Source: Polyangiaceae bacterium
Lineage (GTDB): Bacteria; Myxococcota_A; Polyangia; Polyangiales; Polyangiaceae
Reading direction: 5' to 3'
Assembly (NCBI GenBank): GCA_965222375.1
Contig: CBDCTZ010000015.1
Coordinates: forward strand, 1,184,001 to 1,248,000
Length of the DNA stretch: 64,000 nt
Shown: positions 9,181 to 26,217 of the stretch, one piece after another
Layout: the number at the start of each line of letters is the position of its first letter
How positions within the stretch are numbered: position 1 is the stretch's first letter
Position numbers and translations under genes: made by a program
The notes under the pieces: generated by a model
Told to the model about the DNA's origin: nothing
Database searches by the model: none
The model's input: the letters and a program-made list of their open reading frames with translations, nothing else

Positions 9181-9395
9181 TCAATAGCCGGAGCCCAGCT
9201 TCAGCGCGTCGTGGTTGCTCCCGGCGACGAACGCCTTGTTGACGTTTGCGCGCGCTGAGGCATGTCCGTACAGTTGCTCAAACTCTAGTCGTATCGATTG
9301 ATGACGACGGCGCCTCCCTTCGTCGCCTCGAAACGCGAGCTCGCGTCCCGCGGTTACGATGAGGCACAAATCCGGCACAGCCCCAAAAAACAAAC

Positions 9396-11807
9396 TCAGT
9401 AGACTGGGTCTGGGGCTGTTTCTTCGAGAGGTTCTTCGGTGGGCTCGTCGGCGCCCTCGGGGGGAACGCGGGGTGAGTAGGGCACTTTGAAGGTCACTTG
9501 TTCTTGCAACGCGTCTTCGAGTTCGGCTTCGGTGACACGGCGGATGCGCACGCCAATGCGCATGAGTTTGCGCAGATAGCCCATCCAACCGGGAGTCACC
9601 TGGCCGTCGGCGCCGAAGTAGTGGCGCTTCGGACTCGGCAGGACACTGGCAAGGTAGAGCGCCTGACCCAGTGACAGCTGGTGGGGCGCGGCGTTGAAGT
9701 AGTAGGCGGCGGCGGAGCCGATACCGTAGATGCCGGGGCCGAACTCGATGACGTTCAGGTACAGCTCCATCATTTCGTCTTTGGTCAGCTGCTGCTCGAG
9801 CAACATGGTCAAGACGGCTTCTTGGAGTTTGCGGGAGATTGTCTTCTCGCGGGGCAAGTACAGGTTCTTTGCAAGCTGCATGCTGATGGTGCTCGCGCCC
9901 CGGAGGAAGCGGCCGGCCTTGAGGTTCTCGCGGATCGAATTGCGGATCGCCTCCTGATCGAAGCCGCTGTGGGCGTAGAAGCGCCCGTCTTCGCAGATGA
10001 GAACGGCCGTATCCATGTGCTTGGAGATGACGTGACGCGGCGCCCAGTTCGGCGCACCGGGGCCGCTTCGGATTTGCACCAGGCTGCCATCTGCGCCGCG
10101 CACTTCGCGGGTCCAAGAAGCCTTGAAGCGTTGCGGCGACACATCCGGCGGAGTGGCGGTGATGCGGCACTCGTTGCCCACATTCCATTTCGTGACCACA
10201 TCGGCGGGCTTGTCCGTGTCCAGCTCCAGCCGACCCGTCAGAGAAAAGGTGCCCGTCGCTTTCATACCCGTGAGCAAGGGCGCCAACCCTTCAGGCAACG
10301 AGTTGAGCATCGCCTGACAGGACGCCAGCGGCACTCCGCCCTCGAGAATGATCTCCGCGCGCTCGCCCTTGTCGGTGGCTGAGCGCTTGATGAATCCCTT
10401 GGCCTCGGCGCGCAGCTTGCCCAGGTGGATCTCACCTTCTTCGATGTCGAGACGGGAACCATCGAGAACGGCGGAACCGCGACCTCGAAAGCCCACCGCC
10501 AATTGACGCACAGGCCCCCGGGCTAGCCACCTTTGAAAAATATCCAGCTTTGCCAACTTGCCGTGACCGAAGCCTTGGATCTTCTTGCCTTCGGCGTCGA
10601 TGCGCAGGGTCGCGTTGGCTTCCAACGTGGCTTCCTTGACGTTCTTGATGCCCAGGTCGCCTTTCTCCATGCCCAGCGCGGCGAGGGGAACCGGGCCTCC
10701 GGCAATCGCCAATTCGACCACGCCCTTGGCGAGGGGCAACTTGAGCGCGACCTTCAAGGGCTGGGTTGCTTCTGCGGCGGGGGCGACGCGGAGCGAGGCG
10801 TTCTTGCCATCGTGCTTCACGCTCACTCGCGCCGGGCCCAGCGCCAAACGCTGACCGCGGTGATTGAGGCGCAGCTTCACGCCATCCAAGTCGACTTCGC
10901 CGTCCGGTGGCAGCGCGGTCACGATGATGTTGGCGAGTTCTGAGAACGCCCGTCGCACGCGCTTGCCACGAGCCTCGTCGAGAGGCACGTAGCGCGAAAG
11001 CGCCGAGGGCTCTTTGGCCTTGCCTTCTTTCGCTTTCGGCTTGGCTTTGGTTTTTGGGTCTGGGGAGCTTTGTCGCTCCTTGTTTGGCGCCGGCGGAGTC
11101 TCTGCAGCAACACGTCGCAGGCGCGCAGCTTTGGACGTGTCCAAGGCGACCAGCATCGAGCCGACGCCCAGGCGACGCAGCTTTCGCTTCGAGTCCAATT
11201 CGACTCGGGCGGCAGAGGCGCTCAGGGCAACGCCTTCGTGCACTACCCGCACCAGATCTGCCGCGATGTCTTCGCCTTCGGCGCTTCGCGTGTAGCGAAC
11301 GCCCCAAGCGTGTTGAGGCTCGGCGCCCGGAGACAGCTCGTTCCACACAACGTCGATGCCCTCGATGACGATGTCCCGCCGAGTGCCCCCCGCACTGCCA
11401 CCTTTGGCGCGGCTGGCGCGGTAGTCGGCGAGCTGTCGGCGGACGTCCTCGGGCGATCCGGTGACATGCACTTTGCCGCCGTGCACCTTGACGCTGCGCG
11501 CTTTCATCAGCGCGCTGACTTGCACCTCCACGGCCTGGAGCTCGACCTGGACTGCCGGCACTTCGGGCAACTCGACCTTGACGCCTCGAAGCCAAACTCG
11601 ACCGCTACCGGGCCGAACCGTGTCGATGCTGAGCTCCAGCCCACGTTTGGCAGCGACGGACTGCGCCTTGGAACGGACAGCCGGCGCGAAGCCAAGGGCG
11701 GCGACGAGCACGAGAGACAACCCCGTGACGCCCGCAATGCCCGCGATTTTGTGCCCGCGTTTCATACGCGGCCACAAGCCTAGCGCCGCTGACAAAACCC
11801 GGCCCAT
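9396..11807 (-). CDS. Large monofunctional peptidoglycan transglycosylase (GT51) with long N-terminal region
   Basis: N-terminal TM helix; EDGRFYAHSG, RGASTISMQLAKNL, RKLQE, ELYLNVIEFG; no transpeptidase domain evident. Confidence 0.9.
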   Translation of the reverse strand: MGRVLSAALGLWPRMKRGHKIAGIAGVTGLSLVLVAALGFAPAVRSKAQSVAAKRGLELSIDTVRPGSGRVWLRGVKVELPEVPAVQVELQAVEVQVSALMKARSVKVHGGKVHVTGSPEDVRRQLADYRASRAKGGSAGGTRRDIVIEGIDVVWNELSPGAEPQHAWGVRYTRSAEGEDIAADLVRVVHEGVALSASAARVELDSKRKLRRLGVGSMLVALDTSKAARLRRVAAETPPAPNKERQSSPDPKTKAKPKAKEGKAKEPSALSRYVPLDEARGKRVRRAFSELANIIVTALPPDGEVDLDGVKLRLNHRGQRLALGPARVSVKHDGKNASLRVAPAAEATQPLKVALKLPLAKGVVELAIAGGPVPLAALGMEKGDLGIKNVKEATLEANATLRIDAEGKKIQGFGHGKLAKLDIFQRWLARGPVRQLAVGFRGRGSAVLDGSRLDIEEGEIHLGKLRAEAKGFIKRSATDKGERAEIILEGGVPLASCQAMLNSLPEGLAPLLTGMKATGTFSLTGRLELDTDKPADVVTKWNVGNECRITATPPDVSPQRFKASWTREVRGADGSLVQIRSGPGAPNWAPRHVISKHMDTAVLICEDGRFYAHSGFDQEAIRNSIRENLKAGRFLRGASTISMQLAKNLYLPREKTISRKLQEAVLTMLLEQQLTKDEMMELYLNVIEFGPGIYGIGSAAAYYFNAAPHQLSLGQALYLASVLPSPKRHYFGADGQVTPGWMGYLRKLMRIGVRIRRVTEAELEDALQEQVTFKVPYSPRVPPEGADEPTEEPLEETAPDPVY

Positions 11808-11858
11808 CTCCGTGCAAGAAACGCTTCGGTATCGAAGATTCTTCCGGAAAATTCGGGC

Positions 11859-12466
11859 CTAGGCGGCCCCCGCGTCCTCGACTTCCAGCAGGGGCTGACC
11901 GGTCTCTACGTCGGCACCGTCCTCCACCAAGATCTTCAGCACGCGTGCCCGTTCAGGCAGATCCGGGAAGTCGTAGGTGATGCGGTTGAACGTCTTCATG
12001 ACTTCCAGCAGAGCAATGGGGCTGCCCTCGGTCAGGATTTGCCCCACTGCTACGAAGGGCGGCTTACCCGGCGCGGGGCGAGTATAGAAGCGGCCGCTCG
12101 ACGGTGCCACGACGTGCAACCCGGCGCTGACTTCTCGCTCGTGCTCGCCCGCGGCCTGGGACCCGAGGGTAGCGCTGGGGTCGAGTTCGAACAGGGCATC
12201 GCCAAACCCGACCGCGCGGCGCGCAAGGGGTGACGCCGGCTCGCTCACGACCAGGCCATGGGCCGTCGCGTCGCTGTGCAGCAGGTGCAGCACGCCGAGA
12301 ACTTCGAGCTCTCCGATCTGCGCATGGGCATGCACCAACTGGCCCTTCGACGGGCCGCCCCGGAACAACCCCGGCCTTGGCGCAATGACGACAAGCTTGT
12401 CGTCCACGCGACGCGTCGGTGCGACGAGTATCTTCTCGAAAACCCGGCCGTCAGCAGCACCAGACA

Positions 12467-12467
<1 letters not shown>
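11859..12467 (-). CDS. Biotin carboxyl carrier protein (two biotinyl-like domains)
   Basis: APSSGRFY..PAPGKPPFV and EVMKT biotinylation motif. Confidence 0.88.
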
Positions 12468-14197
<1,730 letters not shown>

Positions 14198-14301
14198 GCT
14201 CGTGTCTGTATACCTAATCCGGCGCCCGATGCGGAGGGGGCGTCGCCTTCCGGCGTATCTCTCGACGGACAGCGGATATCGAGCATAATCCTGACAGCAA
14301 C

Positions 14302-15222
14302 GTGGTTTCCTTTCTTTCCGTATTGGCGGTCGCGGCTTTGGCCGTGTCCTGTTCTTCGAAGAGTCAAACCAAGACTGTGCCCGCCTCGGGCGGTTCCGGC
14401 GGAGCTTCGGGCGCCTCGGGCGCGGGCGGCAACAGCGGCTCGAGTGGTGCGGGTGGTAGCGCGGGATCGAGTGGCTCAGGTGGGGCGAGCGGCTCGGGTG
14501 GGGCGAGCGGGGCAAGTGGTTCGGGTGGTAGCGCGGGATCGAGTGGCGCCGCTGGAACAGGCGGCACGCCCAACGATCTCGCGGGGCTCAGCGACGAGTT
14601 CAACGTGGGAGTTCTGGATACGAAGTGGAGCCTGGTGAACGCCAACCTGTTGAACAACACTCCGTTGATGCCAACTGGATCGGAGCTATCTCTCATTCCG
14701 GCGAACTCCGTCTGGTTCAACGACCGGGCAGGGCCCCTGGTCTATCAGAACGTCACGGGGGATTTTCACATCACGACCGAAGTCAGCGTCAGCGCGGCGG
14801 ACGGCTCGGCACTCGGCCCGCTGGGTACTCATTGGGCGGGCCTGATGCTGCGTTCCACCCACTCCTCGATGGAGAATCATCTGCACATCGTGATCGGCCG
14901 GAACCAAAGCAACCAGGGCTTCATCAGTCTGGAGCGGTCTTCCGCCACCAACGAGGTCTCCGACTACGCTTCGGTCATGTGGAGTGGCCCTACCGCTGAG
15001 CTGAGGCTGTGCCGCTTCGGCGCTCTCGTGAACTTCTACCAGCGCGTCACCGGCACACAGACCTGGAATCTGCACTTTTCGGTGGCCCGATCGGACTTTG
15101 GCGGAACGATTCAGGCCGGGCCCGTCGCACATGCCTGGCAGCCCATCCCTGATCTGCGTGCGGAATTCGAGTACGTGCGGTACCGACGCATCAGTTCCGC
15201 TGCCGAGTGCACTCTGGACTGA
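14302..15222 (+). CDS. Gly-rich lipoprotein with concanavalin-like beta-sandwich (DUF1349-like) domain
   Basis: Lipobox AVSC, GS linker, [25 protein letters not shown]. Confidence 0.75.
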   Translation: MVSFLSVLAVAALAVSCSSKSQTKTVPASGGSGGASGASGAGGNSGSSGAGGSAGSSGSGGASGSGGASGASGSGGSAGSSGAAGTGGTPNDLAGLSDEFNVGVLDTKWSLVNANLLNNTPLMPTGSELSLIPANSVWFNDRAGPLVYQNVTGDFHITTEVSVSAADGSALGPLGTHWAGLMLRSTHSSMENHLHIVIGRNQSNQGFISLERSSATNEVSDYASVMWSGPTAELRLCRFGALVNFYQRVTGTQTWNLHFSVARSDFGGTIQAGPVAHAWQPIPDLRAEFEYVRYRRISSAAECTLD

Positions 15223-15253
15223 CTGCGCCCGACGTTGGAGCCGCGAGAGTCGG

Positions 15254-16618
15254 CTACGCGGGTGCCGGGGGCCAACCCGGGATGCCGCTGGTATCGTAGT
15301 TTCCGCTTTGGAAGTCGGGGCTGCCGAGCACGGAGAGGTGCATCAGAATGGTGGTGTCCACGCCTTCGCATTTGATAGCTGAGAGCGCGGCAATCATGTT
15401 GGCGATGGCGGCTTTGCGGTCGTCACCCCGAGTAATCACCTTGCAGATCAGGCTGTCGTAGTGAGGCGGCACCACGTAGCCACTCTGCACGTGGGTATCG
15501 ATGCGGAGCTCGGGTCCTTGCTCCGGCGTTTCCCAGCGCGTGATCTCGCCGGGGCTGGGTCGGAAATCTTGATTCGGGTCTTCGGCATTGATCCGGCACT
15601 CGATGGCATGGCCGGTGAACTCGATGTCCGCCTGCTTCAGGTCGAGGGGGTGCCCGGCGGCGACCAACAGCTGCTCTTTGACGAGATCCACGTCCGTGCG
15701 CATCTCGCTCACCGTGTGTTCCACCTGCAAGCGCGTGTTCATTTCCATGAAGCGCAGCATGCCGTGATCGTCTTGGAGGAACTCCATGGTGCCCGCGCCG
15801 ACATAGCCGATGGACGCCGTGGCCGCTCGGGCCAGCTCGAGCACGCGTGCCCGTTCGGCCAGCGACAGCGCCGGAGACGGCGATTCCTCGATCAGCTTCT
15901 GGTGCTTGCGCTGAACCGTGCAGTCCCGCTCGCCGAGGTGCACCACGTTGCCGTATTTATCCGCCAAAACCTGGATCTCGATGTGGCGCCCCTTTTCGAT
16001 CAGGCGCTCGACGTAGACGCGAGCATCTCCGAACGCACCCTGAGCTTCTTGCTGCGCACTGTTGAAGGCTTCTGCGAGCTCTTCCTTGGCGCGGGCAATG
16101 CGCATGCCACGGCCGCCACCGCCACTTTCCGCTTTGATCAGCATGGGGAAGCCGATGTGATCGGCAACGGCCTCGAGTTCGGCCAGGTCTTTCAGCACGC
16201 CGTCACTTCCAGGGATCAAGTCGAGCCCAGCCGCAGCCATGGCGCGCTTCGCCGGGGTCTTCTTGCCCATCAGGTGCATCACATGCGCTGGCGAACCGAT
16301 GAACGCGATGCCGTGTGCCTCGCACATGGCGGCAAATCGCGGGTTCTCCGACAAGAAGCCCCAACCGGGATGCAGCGCCGTACACCCGCTCTGTTTGGCC
16401 GCTTGCAGCGCGCGTTCTGGATCCAGGTAGCTCAGCGAGGACCGCGCCGGACCGAGGCAAACGGTTTCCCGCCCTTGGGTGTAGGTGGCGTCCCGGTCCG
16501 CTTCGGAGACGGCTAGCACCGGCGTGATTCCCATCGCCTCGCAGGCACGCGCAACGCGGACAGCTACTTCACCGCGATTGGCAATGAAGACCTTCTTGAA
16601 CAGAGCTGAGGCCGTCAT
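15254..16618 (-). CDS. accC: Biotin carboxylase
   Basis: IANRGEVA, HPGWGFLSEN, GGGGRGM, ERDCTVQRKHQKL, EMNTRLQVEH, HAIECRINAEDP. Confidence 0.95.
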   Translation of the reverse strand: MTASALFKKVFIANRGEVAVRVARACEAMGITPVLAVSEADRDATYTQGRETVCLGPARSSLSYLDPERALQAAKQSGCTALHPGWGFLSENPRFAAMCEAHGIAFIGSPAHVMHLMGKKTPAKRAMAAAGLDLIPGSDGVLKDLAELEAVADHIGFPMLIKAESGGGGRGMRIARAKEELAEAFNSAQQEAQGAFGDARVYVERLIEKGRHIEIQVLADKYGNVVHLGERDCTVQRKHQKLIEESPSPALSLAERARVLELARAATASIGYVGAGTMEFLQDDHGMLRFMEMNTRLQVEHTVSEMRTDVDLVKEQLLVAAGHPLDLKQADIEFTGHAIECRINAEDPNQDFRPSPGEITRWETPEQGPELRIDTHVQSGYVVPPHYDSLICKVITRGDDRKAAIANMIAALSAIKCEGVDTTILMHLSVLGSPDFQSGNYDTSGIPGWPPAPA

Positions 16619-16682
16619 GGGCGGCACCGTATCATGAAGCGGCGGCCGTCCGACGGCTGGCCGGTCTCCCGATCCGCAGGCT

Positions 16683-18824
16683 CTACTGAACGCCGTACAC
16701 TCGGGCGTAGCCGGTGCCAGAGCCAAATGAGGTCGGCTGCGCGTCAATCAGACGCTGGTAGTGCAGCTGCGACACGCCGTCATTGTTGCCTCGCCCGAAT
16801 ACCAAGGCTGCGGAGTCCGGCGTCCAGCTGACGTACTCGGGTCGCGGAAGTTTGTCAGCAAGCTGTACCAACGACGCTGCGGTGCTGCCGATCGCGGAGA
16901 TCCGAGGGCCTTGGGGGCTCGCGGTGATCAGCGAGATTGAATTGCCGTCGGGCGATGTGCGCAAGCGGACTGGCGCACTGCCACTGTCGTGTATGCGCGT
17001 GGCCTTTGCAGGCGCGTTTTGATCGAAGGTGTGCAGGCCGAAATTCGTGGTGCCAATGTCGCGCACACTGACCCAAATTCGACCGCCGGCCGCAGCCGCC
17101 AAGGCGTCGTTGTTCATGCCAGCGGAGTATTGCGCACCCGTGACTACCTCCACGATAGCTGCGGTGCTCGTATTGACCGCCACCAGGTCGCGGTCGAGGG
17201 GCGCGACTGTTCTGCGGCGACTGAAGAATATGTGGGCGCCGTTTTGCGCGTGCCATTCCAGGTTCCAAGTCAGCGTGCCGGGGCCCCAGGGTGCGCTGGT
17301 TTCGACCGCGCTCTTGCTAAGGTTGACCAGCGTGCTGGTCGTGCGGTCAAAGGTGAAGAGATCACCGTGGTTGCTCCCGTCGTCAGCGGCGATGAGCAGC
17401 ACGGTGTCGCTGAGCCAAATCAGGTGGCGGAACCGGGTGATCGTCGCCTTCATTCGCGCCAGCGTGTTGATCTGAATGGGCGTACCCGTCCCGGTCGTAT
17501 CCACCACATACAGCTCACGTACGCTTGCGTTGAGCTTGGTGTACGCGGCGGCGGCGCCGGTTGGCGAGAGTGCGAAGTGTGGGGGGCTGGAGAACTGCGG
17601 CACATCGTAGTTCCCTGCGCTCTTGGTCACGTTCACCGCGGCGAGGCTGGTGGTGTCGACCATGATCACGTCGAGGTTCGTCTTGGCCGTGCCGGCCAAA
17701 AGAGCGAGCTTCTTGCCATCGGCGCTCAAAGCCATCGCCGGCTCGGCCCAGGTTTGCGCTGACCCGCCCACCGTCGGCAGCGTGAGGGTCGTACCTGGGG
17801 AGGTACCGTCAAGAGGCGCGTAGTTGAGAAAGCGTTTGCCTCCGCCGGCGCCATTGTCGACGAACCAGACGCGACCTGCGGCGTAGACCGCGCTGCCGCC
17901 GATCGCGATCGTGCCCGGGCCCTTGATCACTGCTGAGTATTGGTTGTTGGCGAACTTCTGGCCGTCCGTGCGTAGCAAGTGGACTTCGGCTGAAGGGCCG
18001 CCCAGTGCGGTCATGACGAGCGCACGCTTGCCATCGGGCGCTACCGAGATGAGTACGTTGGCGAAGGAGCCCGCAAGGTCGCCGGATATCAGCTTCACCG
18101 CAGTGTTGCCACCCAGCAGTGCAATACCTCTGTCGGTGCTGGGAGCCGGCTCCTGGTAGGACAGGAGGCGCGTCCCTCCTGGCAGCTTGTACGCCCTGTC
18201 CGCGAACAGGAAGTCGTAATAGGGCCGATCGGGTCGTGCCGGGCTCTCACCGACTCGGAACGAATACGAGAACCCACCCGGGTCGATCTTCGCCGGGAAA
18301 CCGCTAACCGCCGTCAAGTTGCTCCCATCGGTGTCGATCGTGCTCAGCGTGATTTCGGCGCCATTGGCCGTACCCACTGAGTGCAGCACGTTGTAGACCT
18401 TGGGCGGTGGCGCGTCGGCCGGAGCGTCTGTGCTCCCGTCCGTCGCCGCGTCCCCACTTGCATCCGCGCTCGCATCTGCGCTTGCGTCAGCACTCGCATC
18501 GCCGCCCGCGTCCGCTCCACCGCTGCCACTGGCGCCACTCGAGCCCCCGCTCCCACTGGCACCACTCGAGCCCCCGCTCCCACTGGCACCACTCGAGCCG
18601 CCGGTGCCACTCGTACCGCCGCTGCCACTCGTGCCACCCGTGCCGCCTGTCCCGCTCGTACCGCCGGCCGTGGAGTCGGCCGCTGCATCGCCGCTCGCAC
18701 CACCACCGCCTGGCGAACCCGAGTCGTCATCGCTGCCGCAACCCGGTGCTGAGACAACCAAGACCGCCAGGGTAGCGGCACATGCAGACGAGGCGATGAA
18801 ACGGGGAAGGCTGGATTGGGCCAC
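16683..18824 (-). CDS. Gly-rich lipoprotein with TolB-like beta-propeller
   Basis: Lipobox APGC, GS/DAS linker, repeated SxDG-type blades (APDGK, SADGK, SPDGN, WTPDS); start uncertain. Confidence 0.75.
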   Translation of the reverse strand: MAQSSLPRFIASSACAATLAVLVVSAPGCGSDDDSGSPGGGGASGDAAADSTAGGTSGTGGTGGTSGSGGTSGTGGSSGASGSGGSSGASGSGGSSGASGSGGADAGGDASADASADASADASGDAATDGSTDAPADAPPPKVYNVLHSVGTANGAEITLSTIDTDGSNLTAVSGFPAKIDPGGFSYSFRVGESPARPDRPYYDFLFADRAYKLPGGTRLLSYQEPAPSTDRGIALLGGNTAVKLISGDLAGSFANVLISVAPDGKRALVMTALGGPSAEVHLLRTDGQKFANNQYSAVIKGPGTIAIGGSAVYAAGRVWFVDNGAGGGKRFLNYAPLDGTSPGTTLTLPTVGGSAQTWAEPAMALSADGKKLALLAGTAKTNLDVIMVDTTSLAAVNVTKSAGNYDVPQFSSPPHFALSPTGAAAAYTKLNASVRELYVVDTTGTGTPIQINTLARMKATITRFRHLIWLSDTVLLIAADDGSNHGDLFTFDRTTSTLVNLSKSAVETSAPWGPGTLTWNLEWHAQNGAHIFFSRRRTVAPLDRDLVAVNTSTAAIVEVVTGAQYSAGMNNDALAAAAGGRIWVSVRDIGTTNFGLHTFDQNAPAKATRIHDSGSAPVRLRTSPDGNSISLITASPQGPRISAIGSTAASLVQLADKLPRPEYVSWTPDSAALVFGRGNNDGVSQLHYQRLIDAQPTSFGSGTGYARVYGVQ

Positions 18825-18900
18825 GGGCAACTCCTTGAGCAGTGCGCAAGTTGAACAAGCGCAGCACGGCATAACAGCGAACTGGCGAAATACAAAAAGC

Positions 18901-18935
18901 AAAAGGCCCTGAAACACCTTGTTTCAGGGCCTTTT
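18901..18935 (-). terminator. rrn operon terminator
   Basis: AAAAGGCCCTGAAAC-ACCTT-GTTTCAGGGCCTTTT inverted repeat just past the 5S gene. Confidence 0.9.
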
Positions 18936-18945
18936 GGGGCAATTA

Positions 18946-19063
<118 letters not shown>

Positions 19064-19243
19064 ATTTTGGGCGTCCAAACAGCTTTGTGTTGCTGCGTCG
19101 CAAGATGCGACAACCGTTGGTAATCACTAGCTCGTGTACCAATGCACAGTACGTCAATGACGTACTCGGTCCGTTCGACGATTCTCGATTGCTCGAGTTC
19201 GTCAGCCCGACTCCGGGCTTGAACTACAAGTGTGCCTTAGAGA

Positions 19244-22261
<3,018 letters not shown>

Positions 22262-22515
22262 ATACCCCTAAGGCACGCATTGAGCTCAAACCCGGAGTCC
22301 GACTTACGAACTCCGATTGGACCGAGCTCTAATTGTGCTTTGGTATTGATGCTTTAGTTTTCACGAACGCAAAAAACTGCGTTCGCTCTACCAGCTATTT
22401 TGGACGCAAAAAACTTTCAGTTGTCAGAGAACCGACGGCGTTAGCCGTCTCGCAGCGCCGTGGCTGCCTGAACACCGAAGTGCTCGAAGATGATGTCATC
22501 GCCGCTGAGCGGCGG

Positions 22516-22588
22516 TGGAGCTGATCGGGATCGAACCGACGACCTCAGGCTTGCAAAGCCCGCGCTCTCCCAGCTGAGCTACAGCCCC
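22516..22588 (-). tRNA. tRNA-Ala(TGC)
   Basis: GGGGCTGTAGCTCAGCTGGGAGAGC...TTGCAA...GTTCGATCC in the 16S-23S spacer. Confidence 0.97.
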
Positions 22589-22695
22589 GTCTGGTGGGTC
22601 GCTGGGGCCGTATCGCGTGGGTCGCTGAGGCCCCAACCCCAGCTCCGTCTTCTTCTAGACGGAGCGCCCGAGAAGGTTCGAGGTTCGAGAAGCAG

Positions 22696-22769
<74 letters not shown>

Positions 22770-22941
22770 GGTGCACGGGTCCCGGTTTGGGAGCTCCGGA
22801 CCGTTGAGGGGTTAGGTCGCTCCTCGGTCCCTCAAAACTGAGTTCTATGACGGCGCATCGGCATGCTTCCAAGCTGATGACTTTCGGAAGCTTCCTCGAT
22901 CACGTGGGCTTTGACCGGATTGTTTTCCCCTAGGGGGAAAA

Positions 22942-24503
<1,562 letters not shown>

Positions 24504-24669
24504 TTAGATCCTTCGGCAACACGACCCGGCTAAGAATCGCGCGCCATACTCATCACCTTCGGAAAATGTTGTAAATTCACATTTAACGAGGACCCACGCG
24601 ATCTTTCGCGTGCGTCATAGAACTCAGTTTTCAAGGACCGAGGGGAGAGAGCTCCCGAGCGGGCCGCGG

Positions 24670-24698
24670 AACTTACTCGCGCGGAGTTACCCTGTCAA
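24670..24698 (-). promoter_or_regulatory. rrn sigma70-type promoter
   Basis: TTGACA-17 bp-TAAGTT followed by a GC-rich discriminator. Confidence 0.75.
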
Positions 24699-25029
24699 CA
24701 ACGAAACTCTCGCAGCCGACATTCTTTTCGCAGCCGTCCAGCTGCCGCAGCGCAGCGGCTTTGGGCCGAGATTTCCGAGGTAATGCACCGCTTTGCACCT
24801 CCCAAGGGTGGAGCAGAACGGCCAATTGGAGCCGACCGTCGCAGCAAGCCACGAGGGTCAAGGCCCGCGTCTTCGGCGGGGCGCCGAAGGGGAGCGGATA
24901 TATGCTCTATGGCGCCGCGTCACGCAAGGGAAAAGCACCACCTGGATTGACATTTGCTGCAGCACAGCTAAGTACTTGAAATAAAGAGAGAATATTTGCA
25001 GTCGAGCCGTGGAATGATAGGGTCGCGGA

Positions 25030-25404
25030 ATGCGGATTTCGACCCGCTTGGCGACCATGGTTGTTGCCGCAGGATTGGGCGTCTCGACGCTGTCGACGGC
25101 GGAAGCTCCGAAGTGTGGCGCGCCAGGGCGCCCCGCTTGTCCTCTACAGCACTGGATGCGGGTGCATGCCGCGGCGCCGCTGGCTCAAGGCAAGCTCGAC
25201 CAGGTCGCAGCCACGTTCAAACGCATCGAAGCGATGAACCCCAAGCCGGATAAGTGGCAAAACTGGTCCAAGATCGCGCGAGATGGCGCGGCTGCGGCCG
25301 GCGCGGGCAAGGCGAAACGGGCGCGCTCGGCGTGCGGTCGTTGTCATCGCGCGTATCGACGCGCGTACAACCTGCACCACCGCTCGCGCCCGATCAGCGA
25401 GTAG
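25030..25404 (+). CDS. Small secreted c-type cytochrome (c'-like)
   Basis: Signal peptide, helical sequence, C-terminal CGRCH. Confidence 0.7.
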   Translation: MRISTRLATMVVAAGLGVSTLSTAEAPKCGAPGRPACPLQHWMRVHAAAPLAQGKLDQVAATFKRIEAMNPKPDKWQNWSKIARDGAAAAGAGKAKRARSACGRCHRAYRRAYNLHHRSRPISE

Positions 25405-25560
25405 AGCCCTGGTTGCATCGATTCATGGAGTCGATGCGTTTCTGGGTTGGGGTCCCGATGCACCCGTCGGGTATCGCGAAGCGCGTAATTCACTCCAGCC
25501 GGGCGAGAGCTGTACTCCCGGAAGACAGGGACTAGTGGATCGGTTCACAGAATCGATCCA

Positions 25561-26217
25561 CTAGCGAAACATTGGGAGGTCTTCAGCGTACCAACGCCCA
25601 AGGCGTTCGCGCACAAGATTGACTTCGGCACCGGTGATCAGGCGAACCCGAAAGCCGATCTCACCTGCACCCAAATCGTCGTTCGTGTATCGCCCCAAGA
25701 GTTCCAACGGACACCACCCCCCAGCGAACCAGATCGCGTCCGGCTTGCGCTCGTCGAAGGGAGACGGTTTGACCTCGACCCGCGTCCAACCTTGATCCTG
25801 AGCGTAGCCTGCTGGAACCTCCAGCCCCGCTTCGATGCAAAGTTCGCGTATCGCCTCGCCCATGGCTCGATGCGATACGGAAAAGGAATGAGTGACCAGC
25901 TCGAGCACGATAGCGTAGCCCTCACGCAGCATGATCAAGGCAAAGCTCTTCCTTGAGCCACGCACCAACACCTGATGGGCGTCGTGCCAACCATCGATGG
26001 GACAGCTCTGCAGCGCTTTCATCACGAGTTGCCACTCGGCGGCCGCGACCCGAATGTCGAAGGGGTCGTGCGTGCCGGCGTAGTCGACGGTTTCGCCCAT
26101 GGCATCAACCAGCGCGGCCATGCTGCAGCCCACGCTGTCGCACAGCTTGAGCAGGATCCCACCAAACGCCGACGCAGCCTGGTCCCGACCTGTGAGGGTG
26201 CGTTGGCGCGGTCTCAT
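25561..26217 (-). CDS. Roadblock/LC7 (MglB-like) domain protein with extra C-terminal domain
   Basis: F..IL..LCDSV.C..AALVD..GETVDYAG pattern typical of roadblock domains. Confidence 0.65.
   Translation of the reverse strand: MRPRQRTLTGRDQAASAFGGILLKLCDSVGCSMAALVDAMGETVDYAGTHDPFDIRVAAAEWQLVMKALQSCPIDGWHDAHQVLVRGSRKSFALIMLREGYAIVLELVTHSFSVSHRAMGEAIRELCIEAGLEVPAGYAQDQGWTRVEVKPSPFDERKPDAIWFAGGWCPLELLGRYTNDDLGAGEIGFRVRLITGAEVNLVRERLGRWYAEDLPMFR

Noticed and set aside
9181..9310. Protein-like tail LEFEQLYGHASARANVNKAFVAGSNHDALKLGSGY on the minus strand
   Set aside because: May be a gene remnant, but there is no start or recognisable family
6300..9400. Integron cassette array of lipoprotein genes
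   Set aside because: No paired RYYYAAC/GTTRRRY attC structures, mixed orientations and no intI
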